DNA of 64,000 bases, taken from Eledone cirrhosa (taxonomy: Eukaryota). The translations under genes and the position numbers were made by a program. Positions 1-12,782 of this stretch are shown one piece after another. The stretch spans positions 4,526,001 to 4,590,000 of the forward strand of contig OZ024763.1 in the NCBI GenBank assembly GCA_964016885.1, given 5' to 3'. How positions within the stretch are numbered: the stretch's first letter is position 1; each line of letters begins with the position of its first letter. Below the pieces are notes generated by a model. That model was not told the origin of the DNA and made no database searches. It saw only the letters and a list, made by a program, of their open reading frames with translations.

Positions 1-146
1 CACACATACATACATTTAACATTATGTAGTCGTGACAACCACGATATTGAGAACAGAAAGCAATTTTGCTAACCTTGAAGTTCTTTAAATCACACACACA
101 ACACCACACCACACCACACCACACCACACCACACACATACACACAT

Positions 147-204
<58 letters not shown>

Positions 205-259
205 AAATAAATGTATATAAATGTTTAATATACACATATGTGCATATATATATATATTC

Positions 260-298
<39 letters not shown>

Positions 299-699
299 TA
301 CACATGTATATATATATATATACATTTGTCTGTCTATTAATCTTCACTCTTTCTGTCTCTCTGTGCTTTCCCCCTCACACTATCTCTCTTCTGTCTTCCC
401 CCTCATTGACTCTAATACCCACCTCCATCATTTACCTGTCCAATACATCAGATGAAACCCCACCAATTACTCAATCTACCATCCTCTATAAGGATTCTCT
501 CCCCTTTCTTCCACTCTTTTCATTTCTCTCCTTCCCTTCTCTTTATTCTTTTCCTTCATTTCTACTTTCACTTTCGTCTAATAACTTTTGTTTTTTCCCT
601 AATTTATTCTTACGTTCTCTTTTAATTTCTCTTCGTTTCAATAATTTTCTTCTTTCTCTTTTATTCATGTATTTTTCTCCTTCATTCTTACTTTCTTTT

Positions 700-1115
700 T
701 CTTTCTTTCCCCGCTTCATTCATTCTTTTTCTTTCTTTCCCTGCTTCATTCATTCTTTTTCTTTCTTTCCCTGCTTCATTCATTCTTTTTCTTTCTTTCC
801 CTGCTTCATTCATTCTTTTTCTTTCATTCACTCTTTATTCCTTTTTCTTTCTTTCACTGCTTCATTCATTCTTTTTCTTTCTTTCACTGCTTCATTCATT
901 CTTTTTCTTTCATTCACTCTTTATTCCTTTCTTTTTCTTTCTTTCCCTGCTTCATTTATTCTTTTTCTTTCTTTCACTGCTTCATTCATTCTTTTTCTTT
1001 CTTTCACTCTTTATTCCTTTCTTTTTCTTTCTTTCCCTGCTTCATTAATTCTTTTTCTTTCTTTCCCTGCTTCATTAATTCTTTTTCTTTCTTTCACTGC
1101 TTCATTCATTCTTTG
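700..1115. repeat. Pyrimidine-rich ~33-bp minisatellite (CTGCTTCATTCATTCTTTTTCTTTCTTTC[C/A])
   Basis: Tandem near-identical units are visible and explain the repetitive FSFFPCFIHS translation. Confidence 0.85.
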
Positions 1116-2146
1116 TTTTAATTTCTTTCACCAATTCTTACGTTTTTTAATTATTTTTCTTAGTTTCGTTCATTATTTTGTTTTGTTTTTTCCTTTCATT
1201 TATTATTTCTTTCTTCTCTATCCCTTATTTCTTTCTCCTCCAACCCCCAACCTACCATCACCTCTCTTCTTTTCTCGCTCTCTTTCATTGTAGTCTTTCT
1301 TCATCTTTCTTTTTCTTTATTCTTTTCTATTATTCTTTCTCTCTTTCTCTTTCACTAATTCATTCTTACTTTCTTTTCTTTTCTAATTTGTTTTCTTCAT
1401 ATCATTCATTAGTTCTTTCTATTTCATCTATAACTTCATTTTTTTGTCTCTCCCTCTCTTTATTCTTTTCTTTTCTCCTTTTTCTCCCCCCCCCCTTCAG
1501 TTTATTCTGTTTGTCTCTCTGTCTGTCTATCTGTTTGTCTTTCTCTGTCAGCAAATGACGTCAAAGTTGAGAAAGGTGTTGGGAGTGGGGTTTATGTTGG
1601 GGTGGGGCGGAATAGTTGTTCTTTGTAAGTTTCTTTAAACACCAAGTCATGAGAAAGCTAGCTAGACACGTGACCACCGACAGAACCAACAGCCATTTCA
1701 AGTCAAGGAGTGAGTGTCTACGTGTTTGTTTGTTTGACCAGCTAGAAATAGCAGCCAAATCTCGTAGTCATAATCCATCGTGAACAGACCACCATCACAA
1801 TTACTAGCGCTACGACCACCACAATCACCACCACCACAATCACCAACAACAACACCAGCACGGCCACCAACAACAATACCACCACCACCACAACAACACC
1901 ACCACCACCACCACCACCACCACCACCACCACCACCACAACAACACCACCACCACAATCTCTCTCTCTCTCTCCCCCATTTCATATCACGTTGCTCTAGT
2001 ATATTCAACTGAAAATGTGTACTAGCAGTAGCTAGATCAACTGGCAGTTTGTTCTGTAGCAAATGTTGTAGTCACTTAAGACAAGGTAACCGAGATAAGC
2101 ACCGGCGTGAAGAGGCAGCTCGAGACAGATTTTGACTGTTTAGACA

Positions 2147-3170
2147 TTATTGGTGAATGGGCATTATCAGTAGAGGGTCGGACGCCATGCTTTCCAGCAT
2201 AGAATTACGCCCCTTTATGACCTGAGTTCAATTATTGGTGAATGGGCATTATCAGTAGAGGGTCGGACGCCATGCTTTCCAGCATAGAATTTACGCCCCT
2301 TTATGACCTGAGTTCAATTATTGGTGAATGGGCATTATCAGTAGAGGGTCGGACGCCATGCTTTCCAGCATAGAATTTACGCCCCTTTATGACCTGAGTT
2401 CAATTATTGGTGAATGGGCATTATCAGTAGAGGGTCGGACGCCATGCTTTCCAGCATAGAATTACGTCCCTTTATGACCTGAGTTCAATTATTGGTGAAT
2501 GGGCATTATCAGTAGAGGGTCGGACGCCATGCTTTCCAGCATAGAATTACGTCCCTTTATGACCTGAGTTCAATTATTGGTGAATGGGCATTATCAGTAG
2601 AGGGTCGGACGCCATGCTTTCCAGCATAGAATTTACGCCCCTTTATGACCTGAGTTCAATTATTGGTGAATGGGCATTATCAGTAGAGGGTCGGACGCCA
2701 TGCTTTCCAGCATAGAATTACGTCCCTTTATGACCTGAGTTCAATTATTGGTGAATGGGCATTATCAGTAGAGGGTCGGACGCCATGCTTTCCAGCATAG
2801 AATTACGTCCCTTTATGACCTGAGTTCAATTATTGGTGAATGGGCATTATCAATAGAGGGTCGGACGCCATGCTTTCCAGCATAGAATTACGTCCCTTTA
2901 TGACCTGAGTTCAATTATTGGTGAATGGGCATTATCAGTAGAGGGTCGGACGCCATGCTTTCCAGCATAGAATTACGTCCCTTTATGACCTGAGTTCAAT
3001 TATTGGTGAATGGGCATTATCAGTAGAGGGTCGGACGCCATGCTTTCCAGCATAGAATTTACGCCCCTTTATGACCTGAGTTCAATTATTGGTGAATGGG
3101 CATTATCAGTAGAGGGTCGGACGCCATGCTTTCCAGCATAGAATTACGCCCCTTTATGACCTGAGTTCAA
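2147..3170 (+). repeat. Tandem array (12 x ~85 bp) of the tRNA-like SINE head
   Basis: The unit ATTATTGGTGAATGGGCATTATCAGTAGAGGGTCGGACGCCATG...GACCTGAGTTCA matches the 5' half of the SINE at 29470. The last unit runs on into the SINE body. Confidence 0.92.
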
Positions 3171-3278
3171 ATTCCGCCGAGGTTAACTTTGCCTTTCATC
3201 CTTACAGGCTCGATAAAATAAAGTACCAGTAATGCACTGGGATAATTGCTGGCCTTGTGCCAATAGTAGAAACAATTA
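3085..3278 (+). mobile_element. tRNA-derived SINE (complete copy ending the head array)
   Basis: B-box GAGTTCAAATTC, core GCCTTTCATCCTTAC..GTCGATAAAATAAAGTACCAG, tail GAAACAATTAT. Confidence 0.88.
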
Positions 3279-3559
3279 TAGAAGATATCCTGGTGAATTG
3301 TATCCATCATTTAACAGCAGGCGAGAACTTGGTGGCATTAATTAGTTTGTTGTAATACGATCCGTTAACATTTGCCGCAACCACATCCATTAGTGTTAGC
3401 ATTAACGATCTCTGCAGAACGGAGCTAGCAATGCGTCTATTCTCTTTTGACAAGTGTCATTTAAACACGAAATATTGAATTATGAGCAGGCTGGTGCCAT
3501 GAGTTCTGCACGCCAGGGAACATTCTCCCACTTTGTCCATGCGAATATCATTGAGGTAG

Positions 3560-4580
3560 TGATGGTACAAGTTGGTCTTTATTCACGCTATGACCTCCTC
3601 TCCCACATCCACGACACCAATCACGCCCTTAGACTTTTCAACTTCTTCTTCTCTTCACCCTAGACATCATCTCTCTCTATACCGCCATTCATCACAATGA
3701 CGGCATCCGCGCTCTCCGACACTTTTTTAGACCTACACTCTAACCTTTATCCCTGCACTATTACTTTTCTCCGTCTTGCTGAGCTTGTTCTGGCCCTCAA
3801 TAGGTTTTCCTTTTCCGGAGAGTTTTACCAGCGGGTCTCTGGGGGTAGTCATGGGAACCAGAATAGGTCCGAACCATGCCGACTTGTTTGTTGGCTACGT
3901 CGAGGCGCAGATCTTCTCCCAGTACACTAGACCTACTCCTGAGCTATACGGTCGTTATATCGACGACTGCATCGGCACCACATCTCTCTCCCGTGAACAG
4001 ATCAATTGCTTTCTCTCCTTCGTCCAATCGTTTCATCCCGCTGTCAACTTCACCACTTCGTCGGCTCTGTTGCCAGGACCGCCATTTAGAGACCCAGTCT
4101 CTTTACATGGCCTCCCGCTTCATCCAGCATGGATATCCCCACGCCCTGATCCAAGCTGCCGTCACATGTGCCCGTGAAACCAACCGTGCTTTTTTCCTAA
4201 CCCACCCATCACCGCGTTTAAGTGTATCCGTAATCTCTGCGACCCCCTAATACACAGTTCGTTCCTTTCCTCTCCTAGAACTCCACCCGGCTCTCATCCT
4301 TGTTCTCGTCCCCGCTGTAACATTTGTTCGTTCATTTTTAATGGTTCATTCCGTATCTGCCACTCCTTCACCTCACATCCACTCGCATAGTCAATGCCCT
4401 CCGGTGTTCCCTTTGCGGGTCCTTCCTTATACATCGGACAAACAGGAGGCGGTTTGGCGGACCCCTTTTGCTGAACATTTAAAGGAAATACAACGCGGTA
4501 TGTATGGATACTCACCGCACTCGTCATTTCCGTTCCTCCCCAGGTCATCTTTCCACTACGTGTCTCAGTCCTTGCTGTCC
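3560..4580 (+). pseudogene. Decayed Penelope-like element (RT + GIY-YIG fragments)
   Basis: Frameshifted pieces read LAELVLALNRFSFSGEFYQ / GVVMGTRIGPNHADLFVG / YGRYIDDCIG (RT motifs), then CSRPRCNIC, YIGQTG and FAEHL (GIY-YIG region). Confidence 0.88.
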
Positions 4581-4598
4581 TTTAACATCATGGATCAC

Positions 4599-4697
<99 letters not shown>

Positions 4698-4757
4698 CAT
4701 ACATCATACACAAAACGCCAGCATCAATAGTTCTCCAAGAGATGCCAACATGAATGT

Positions 4758-5045
4758 TAATTTTCAAAATATGTAATTTAAGTTATTTCAGGGTAAAGAA
4801 TCATATTTTAGGTTTTAAAAGCTAATAGGTATTTGTATTAATATTATAATATAATTATGTTTAATTCCTAAAATTCAAATTTTATGAAAATTAAATTTTC
4901 ATAAAATTTGAAATTTCATAAAATTTGAATTTTAGAAATTAAACATAATTATATTATAATATTAATACAAATACCTATTAACTTTTAAAACCTAAAATAT
5001 GATTCTTAACCCTGAAATAACTTAAATTAAATATTTTGAAAATTA
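4758..5045. repeat. Long AT-rich fold-back palindrome (~135-bp arms)
   Basis: TAATTTTCAAAATAT...AATTTTATGAAA is the reverse complement of TTTCATAAAATT...ATATTTTGAAAATTA with few mismatches. The centre contains a nested extra inverted copy. Confidence 0.9.
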
Positions 5046-5450
5046 GCCGCCAACTATATTATTCTGGACACGTGTTGCTTACATAAAAATCTGTGTGTAT
5101 ATAAACTTGAACATAAACTATTTCCCTTTGTCTCTCTCGCTCTCTTTAATCATCTTTCATCTGTCTGTTCAAGCCACCTAGTAAATATATTATCACATCA
5201 GCTGTTTCTTCCTCTATGCTTTCCTTTCCCTCCTCTTTTTCCAGTAGTTTTTAAAAATTAAAATTTTATAACTGTTATATTGATGCCATGTATTTCTTAA
5301 ACTCTATTACACGCACCCTCTCTATTGTTTGTATTATGTTATCTCATGTTCTCAATATTAGGGTATAAATATTGAGTTTTGTCATAAGTTAATCACTACC
5401 TTGACTGAATCTTAACCATCTATTATGTCAGAGTATGTCATGTATCATTT

Positions 5451-5517
5451 TATTTTATCTGATGAGGACGTACTGTTGAACTTAACTCAGTACCTCTGAA
5501 ATATGTATAATAAAATA
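5451..5517 (+). ncRNA. Type I hammerhead ribozyme
   Basis: Stem I TATTTTAT/ATAAAATA (8 bp); CTGATGA at 5459; stem II GGACGTACTG/CAGTACCTCT; GAAA at 5498; short near-palindromic stem III ATATGTAT; UA cleavage site. Confidence 0.85.
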
Positions 5518-5721
5518 TAATTGATCACAAGAATATCTATTTTGTTTATATTTTGAATTAATATTATATATATATATATATATTTATTTATATATACATA
5601 ATTGATATATATACAAATTGATATATATATATGTGTGCGCGTGTGCGTGTGTCACCTTGATCCGCTTGACCGGCCAAACTGTCGGATGTCGCTTTGAATC
5701 CGATTACCACAGCATTTGTGT

Positions 5722-5900
5722 ATAATTGTTTCTACTTTTGGCACAAGGCCAGCAAATACCCAGTGCATTACTGGTACTTTATTTTATCGACCCCCGTAAG
5801 GATGAAAGGCAAAGCTAACCTCGGCGGGATTTGAACTCAGATCATAAAGGGCCGTAACTCTTTGCTGCAAAGCATGGCGTCCGACTCTCTACCGATGTAT
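5722..5900 (-). mobile_element. tRNA-derived SINE copy
   Basis: Reverse complement of the consensus seen at 29470-29660. Confidence 0.88.
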
Positions 5901-6074
5901 AATAATCATACATAAGACTCGCTCTAATCAGTTTAATTTGTTATCACAGCTCTCTCACATCATTACTGGGATAGTTGTGATATGATCACAACTCAGCACA
6001 TTCATGGCGAGACTCACATATATCTGTTATATATAAATATATCTTATATGCCTCCATATACACCTTGATTCGCA

Positions 6075-6248
6075 GTATCTGTAGACGTCGGACGCCATGC
6101 TTTGACGCATAGAGTTACGCCCCTTACCATTCTGTGTTCAATCGCGCCGAGGTTAACTTTGCCTTTCATCCTTACCTTGTCGATAAAATGAAGTACCAGT
6201 AATGTGCTGGGTAATTGCTGGCCTTGTGTCAAAAGTAGAAACAATTAT
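6075..6248 (+). mobile_element. tRNA-derived SINE copy
   Basis: Same head, core and tail as the other copies. Confidence 0.85.
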
Positions 6249-6559
6249 GAATTACACTGCGTTAGTGTTACTGTTAATAAAACAAATACAAATGTCGGTG
6301 CTTTAAGAAGGAAGTCTGCTGGAATATGTGTTCACCACCCAGGTACATGCAGACACCATTTTGTATGTATTGGCACCAGAGATGCAATGTAGCAGCGATT
6401 ACCACACCAGAAAAGCCGAACAATGTCCACGATTCCATTGTTTCCAAAAGATTTTGCGATATAAAATAAAATAAAATAAAATAAATGAAATAAATTACAT
6501 TATAAAATTCTGACTTTCATGTTTATGGCATGTAAAGATATTTAAATTCCATGGCTTCC

Positions 6560-8890
6560 TCATGTTGGTATTGGTACTGGTGTGTTAGTCGTTGGTGATG
6601 GTGATGGTGGTGGTGTTGGTGGTGGTATTGGTGTGTTAGTCGTTGTTGGTGATGGTGGTGTTGGTGGTGGTATTGGTGTGTTAGTCGTTGTTGGTGATGG
6701 TGGTGGTGTTGGTGGTGTTGGTGTGCTAGTCGTTGTTGGTGATGGTGGTGGTGTTGGTGGTGTTGGTGTGCTAGTCGTTGTTGGTGATGGTGGTGGTGGT
6801 GTTGGTGTGCTAGTCGTTGTTGGTGGTGTTGGTGGTGTTGGTGTTGGTATTGGTGGTATTGGTGTGTTAGTCGTTGTTGGTGATGGTGGTGGTGTTGGTG
6901 TGCTAGTCGTTGTTGGTGGTGGTGTTGGTGGTGTTGGTGTGCTAGTCGTTGTTGGCGATGGTGGTGGTGGTGTTGGTGTGCTAGTCGTTGTTGCTGATGG
7001 TGGTGGTGTTGGTGGTGTTGGTGTTGGTATTGGTGGTATTCGTATGTTAGTCGTTGTTGGTGATGGTGGTGGTGTTGGTGTGCTAGTCGTTGTTGGTGAT
7101 GGTGGTGGTCTTGGTGGTGTTGGTGTGCTAGTCGTTGTTGGTGGTGGTGGTGTTGGTGTGCTAGTCGTTGTTGCTGATGGTGGTGGTGTTGGTGGTGTTG
7201 GTGGTGTTGGTGGTGTTGGTATTGGTGGTATTCGTGTGCTAGTCGTTGTTGGTGATGGTGGTGGTGTTGGTGGTGGTATTGGTGTGCTAGTCGTTGTTGG
7301 TGATGGTAGTGGTGTTGTTGTTGGTAGTTGTGGGGGTTGTTGTTGGTAGTTGTGGTGTTGTTGGTAGTTGTGGTGTTGTCGTTGGTAGTTGTGGGGGTTG
7401 TTGTTGGTAGTTGTGGTGTTGTTGGTAGTTGTGGTGTTGTCGTTGGTAGTTGTGGGGGTTGTTGTTGGTAGTTGTGGTGTTGTTGGTAGTTGTGGTGTTG
7501 TCGTTGGTAGTTGTGGGGGTTGTTGTTGGTAGTTGTGGGGGTTGTTGTTGGTAGTTGTGGTGTTGTTGGTAGTTGTGGGGGTTGTTGTTGGTAGTTGTGG
7601 GGGTTGTTGTTGGTAGTTGTGGTGTTGTTGGTAGTTGTGGGGGTTGTTGTTGGTAGTTGTGGGGGTTGTTGTTGGTAGTTGTGGTGTTGTCGTTGGTAGT
7701 TGTGGGGGTTGTTGTTGGTAGTTGTGGGGGTTGTTGTTGGTAGTTGTGGTGTTGTTGGTAGTTGTGGGGGTTGTTGTTGGTAGTTGTGGGGGTTGTTGTT
7801 GGTAGTTGTGGTGTTGTCGTTGGTAGTTGTGGGGGTTGTTGTTGGTAGTTGTGGGGGTTGTTGTTGGTAGTTGTGGTGTTGTTGGTAGTTGTGGGGGTTG
7901 TTGTTGGTAGTTGTGGGGGTTGTTGTTGGTAGTTGTGGTGTTGTCGTTGGTAGTTGTGGGGGTTGTTGTTGGTAGTTGTGGGGGTTGTTGTTGGTAGTTG
8001 TGGTGTTGTTGGTAGTTGTGGTGTTGTTGTTGGTAGTTGTGGTGTTGTTGGTAGTTGTGGTGTTGTCGTTGGTAGTTGTGGGGGGTTGTTGTTGGTAGTT
8101 GTGGTGTTGTTGGTAGTTGTGGTGTTGTCGTTGGTAGTTGTGGGGGTTGTTGTTGGTAGTTGTGGTGTTGTTGGTAGTTGTGGTGTTGTCGTTGGTAGTT
8201 GTGGGGGTTGTTGTTGGTAGTTGTGGGGGTTGTTGTTGGTAGTTGTGGTGTTGTTGGTAGTTGTGGGGGTTGTTGTTGGTAGTTGTGGGGGTTGTTGTTG
8301 GAAGTTGTGGTGTTGTTGGTAGTTGTGGTGTTGTCGTTGGTAGTTGTGGGGGTTGTTGTTGGTAGTTGTGGTGTTGTCGTTGGTAGTTGTGGGGGTTGTT
8401 GTTGGTAGTTGTGGTGTTGTTGGTAGTTGTGGTGTTGTCGTTGGTAGTTGTGGGGGTTGTTGTTGGTAGTTGTGGTGTTGTTGGTAGTTGTGGTGTTGTC
8501 GTTGGTAGTTGTGGGGGTTGTTGTTGGTAGTTGTGGTGTTGTTGGTAGTTGTGGGGGTTGTCGTTGGTAGTTGTGGGGGTTGTCGTTGGTAGTTGTGGGG
8601 GTTGTTGTTGGTAGTTGTGGGGGTTGTTGTTGGTAGTTGTGGGGGTTGTTGGTAGTTGTGGTGTTGTCGTTGGTAGTTGTGGGGGTTGTTGTTGGTAGTT
8701 GTGGTGTTGTTGGTAGTTGTGGTACTGTTGTAGTGATGTTGTTGATGATGCTGTTGATCTTATGGTGCTGGTGGCACTGTTGTTGTTGTTTGTATTAGTG
8801 TTGTTGTTGTTGGTGGAACTGCTGGTGTTTTTGTTGTTGTTGTTGGTGGTGGAACTGCTGGTGTTTTTGTTGTTGTTGTTGTTGGTGTTG
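6560..8890. repeat. GGT/GTT-derived compound minisatellite
   Basis: Units such as GTTGTTGGTAGTTGTGG(GG/T) and GGTGTGCTAGTCGTTGTT repeat for about 2.3 kb. Confidence 0.9.
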
Positions 8891-9164
8891 ATCGACGTAA
8901 TGCTATTGCTTATACAATACAATTACAATAGAGTTAAAGGTATCTCAAAATATTAACTCATTCTACTATCACTTGTTCACATCTTAACAATACGTCGCTA
9001 TTCAGTAAAACTGGAGACTGGCTTTGACAGTTTTAAAATTATACAAAGGGAGTCATTTCTCTCTTGCTGGAGTTTTAAACAAATGGCGGCGAAATTGCAA
9101 AGTCTGGCGTTTGAAAGTTGGAGAGAATGTATTGTGTTATTTCTATCGATTTTCTTCCCCGTCA

Positions 9165-9244
<80 letters not shown>

Positions 9245-9305
9245 CATTATGAGTTCAAATCCCGCCGGTGCGACAAATGAAGTATCAATCCAGTAAACAC
9301 ACACG

Positions 9306-9577
<272 letters not shown>

Positions 9578-9605
9578 ATGTATATATATATATGTATATG
9601 TATAT

Positions 9606-9655
<50 letters not shown>

Positions 9656-9754
9656 GTGTGAATGAAGTAATTCCATCGGAAAAGTCCAGGAAAAAAAAGT
9701 GCTCTATGTAGGCAACAGAGCTTAATTATTATTATTATGTAATAAACAGGATTT

Positions 9755-9814
9755 TTTCATTCTGAGGATTGAAAGCAAAACCTTTTGCTTTTAAGAAACC
9801 ACTGGTAAATGGAA
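9755..9814 (+). ncRNA. Type I hammerhead ribozyme
   Basis: Stem I TTTCATT/AATGGAA; CTGAGGA at 9762; long stem II TTGAAAGCAAAA/TTTTGCTTTTAA; GAAA at 9795; stem III ACCACTGGT; GUA cleavage triplet. Confidence 0.9.
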
Positions 9815-10110
9815 TAATTGCCTTATGTTGTTTATTACATAATAATAATATATGTATATATATATAAGTTTGTCCCGGGTTCAATCGGGGGGTAACCACA
9901 GTAAGTAAGGTACTCAATACAAAGCGGAGTATAAATATTTAATGTAGAAAGGCTTCTACAGGACTAGAACTGTTTCATTCCGGAGAAATTATATATATAT
10001 ATAGGTATTGAAGTTTCCGTTGAAAATTGAAAAAAGTCATAGGAGTGAAGAGTGCTCTATGTAAGTACCAGAGCAAAATTTAATGTGTAATAAACAATAC
10101 AATATAATTA

Positions 10111-10180
10111 CCTCATTACCAGAGGTTTCCTGAATAAGACGAATACGAAAGAAACGTCTTCATTCGTTCGTCGGACGAGG
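10111..10180 (-). ncRNA. Type I hammerhead ribozyme, core variant CCGACGA
   Basis: Minus strand: CCTCGT-CCGACGA-acGAATGAAGACG...CGTCTTATTCag-GAAA-CCTCTGG-TA-ATGAGG. Stem I is CCTCGT/ATGAGG. Confidence 0.75.
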
Positions 10181-10298
10181 CAATATAAAACATAGTGAAA
10201 TATTTGGAAAGTCTCCTCAAGAAATGTTTAAAAAAATATATATATATAAATAAAGGTAATGCAATAGACATATAAAATATATAAAAATAGACATATAA

Positions 10299-10332
<34 letters not shown>

Positions 10333-11112
10333 TGACGAGCCTCTGCAGTTTCCGTCTACGAAATTCGCTTTCAGAGTATAGATCAACTTGAGCTTATAGT
10401 AATAGAAGATACAGATCAGGTGGTTGCTTAGTGAACTCCTTAACAATACAGTCATTATATTACTGGTATTAGTTTAGTTTGCTCTGTTCTGGATGAGAAA
10501 ATAATGGGTGAAGTCACTCTAGTGACAGTTTAAACGCTTTAAGGTGGCGTTTACGTCAATAAATGGAAAAATCGATAAATCAAATGAAGGATTGGTATCG
10601 ATCTTTTCCAGTTTCCCCTTCCCACTGCTTTCCTATTTTTATCGATTTCCTATTCTTTCATTCTTTCACGCGATTACTTGTTTCAAACATTGGATGACGA
10701 CTTCGCTTTCAAAGTACAAATTTTGTTCACTTCACACATATATGTGTGTGTGGGTACATATGAGACGGCAAACTGGTAAAGTCATTAGAACCTTCCATAG
10801 AACGTTTTGCAGCATTCGTTCCGGCTCTCTGTGTTCGCCATTCAACTTTTCATTCTTTCCGGATCAATAAAAAAAAAACAACGTACCAGACCCGACTGGG
10901 GTAGATTCTGGTGTATCTTTTTCTCACATCGTCTCTCCCATTTTCACTATCACTCTCTCTTCTCTAGAAGAAATAAGATGTGTTCAGTTCTGGAGAAGAG
11001 ATGGGTTGCGCAAGGGTTTTAAAACATGCCTATAAAACGCTGTATACGGCACCCCTATATCTCTACTAGGAGTAACGAGTCCATCCATCGACCAATACAT
11101 ACATACATATGT

Positions 11113-11223
<111 letters not shown>

Positions 11224-11249
11224 ACTGAATACGTACGTGTGTTTTTCTT

Positions 11250-11400
11250 CCCCCTTTTCACTCATTTTCCTCTGTTCTCACTCTTAATCTTTCTATAAAT
11301 CTTCTATTTCTAACTCTATCTTCTGATGAAGGATTAGTATCCTAAATGTTAAGACTTTTTTCCTGTTATTTCAAGCGTTAAACTAATATATTTCTTCAGT
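11250..11400 (+). mobile_element. PLE-type terminal repeat fragment with degenerate minimal HHR
   Basis: CTGATGA-AGGATTAGTATCC-TAAA-TGTTAAGAC (GAAA mutated). The flanks are homologous to the reverse complement of 32030-32200. Confidence 0.6.
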
Positions 11401-11556
11401 GTACTACGTCGTCTGTTTTTACACCCCCCCCCCCATATATATATATTTTTTTTTTTAAACGTTGGCCAATCAATGAGTAACATTGATTACCAGCTAAATT
11501 AACTATGGAGATATAAAATATATGGGAGAGTTACAGAGCTGTTACTATGATGTGTA

Positions 11557-11602
<46 letters not shown>

Positions 11603-12250
11603 CATATATATATTTTTATATATATATATAGGTATATTTAATCGATTTCCACGTACTGTTGAAATGTTGGGTAAAAATTCTATGGCGGTTGGCCGCGAAG
11701 AGATTGGTGTCGTTTATTTATCTACTGTTTCTTCATAGGTGCCTTTTAATCTTATAGCCTGGTCTAATTGATTTTTTTGTGTGGTTAATTATGCTAATTG
11801 GGAGAGGAAATGGTGTATATATATTATCAAATGATTCTATGGACATACTTTATAGTATATATATATATATATATGAGAGTATTGAAGTTTGCTTGAAGCA
11901 TTGTGGAATAATAAGGTATATTTCTTTAAGTCGTTTGGAAGCCTGGACAATGCAGATGGGTAAATCTCCGGGTAACAGGATCCGGTGGTGGAGAGAGGGA
12001 TGTAAGTGGGTGTACGTTGAGATGCGTGGCGTGTATAAGACGTGTAGAGGAATGAAGGATAGAGCGTAAAGGATAAAAATAACAACACGAGAGAGAGTTA
12101 CCTTGGGAGAGATTTAATTGTCCCTATATATTTCGGATTCACATCCATCAACTGAGGGTATTTTCCGGGGTGGGGGAAAGGTTGTCTGTCGGAAAGGTGC
12201 GAAACGTGTGCTCCGCTGTTCGTTGTTATATATATATATATATATATATA

Positions 12251-12340
12251 ATTACCCACTCTACTACCCACTCTACTACCTCAAGTATTGAGTACTTTGG
12301 TGCGTTATGGTCCACCTGGTTCCTTACCACATTTCCTTCG

Positions 12341-12343
<3 letters not shown>
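12251..12343 (+). mobile_element. 5'-truncated copy of (TA)n-associated short element family X
   Basis: ATTACCCACTCTACTACC..AAGTATTGAGTACTTTGGTGCGTTATGGTCCACCTGGTTCCTTACCACATTTCCTTCGTT, flanked by (TA)n on both sides. Confidence 0.85.
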
Positions 12344-12381
<38 letters not shown>

Positions 12382-12633
12382 CATACATACATACACGTCA
12401 TAGTATGATTCTTTAACTCTCATCAGAACCAGAGAAAAAAAAAAGAGAGGGTGAGAGGAGTGACCCCAGTGTTTGACTGGTACTTTATTTTTCGAGTAGG
12501 AAAAGATGAAAAACAAAGTCGACCAGAGCGTGATTCCGAATAATCACACAAACACACACACACGCATACACGCTCCTGCACACATACACACACGCCTGCA
12601 CACACATACTTACTGACGTACGCGTACACAATT

Positions 12634-12782
<149 letters not shown>

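Noticed and set aside
238-1558. 351-aa and neighbouring hydrophobic ORFs
   Set aside because: Translation of (TA)n and a CT-rich minisatellite; no domain signal.
1561-2062. Short ORFs with a TM-like stretch (WLLVLSVVTCLASFLM) and poly-His/Trp/Gly
   Set aside because: Non-ATG starts, an in-frame stop just upstream and a (CAC)n microsatellite. A gene 5' region cannot be excluded but is unsupported.
2147-3170. CRISPR-like appearance of regular arrays (also 18445, 19380, 44526)
   Set aside because: No unique spacers, no cas genes and a eukaryotic context; these are tandem repeats.
6523-8922. 799-aa mucin-like/His-Gln-rich ORF
   Set aside because: Stop-free only because the C/A-rich strand of a trinucleotide-derived repeat lacks stops; the frame cycles through all three readings of the same unit.
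11640-12225. Possible third PLE GIY-YIG remnant on the minus strand (PKYIGT, RLKEIYLI)
   Set aside because: Motifs are too short and interrupted to support a call without a profile search.
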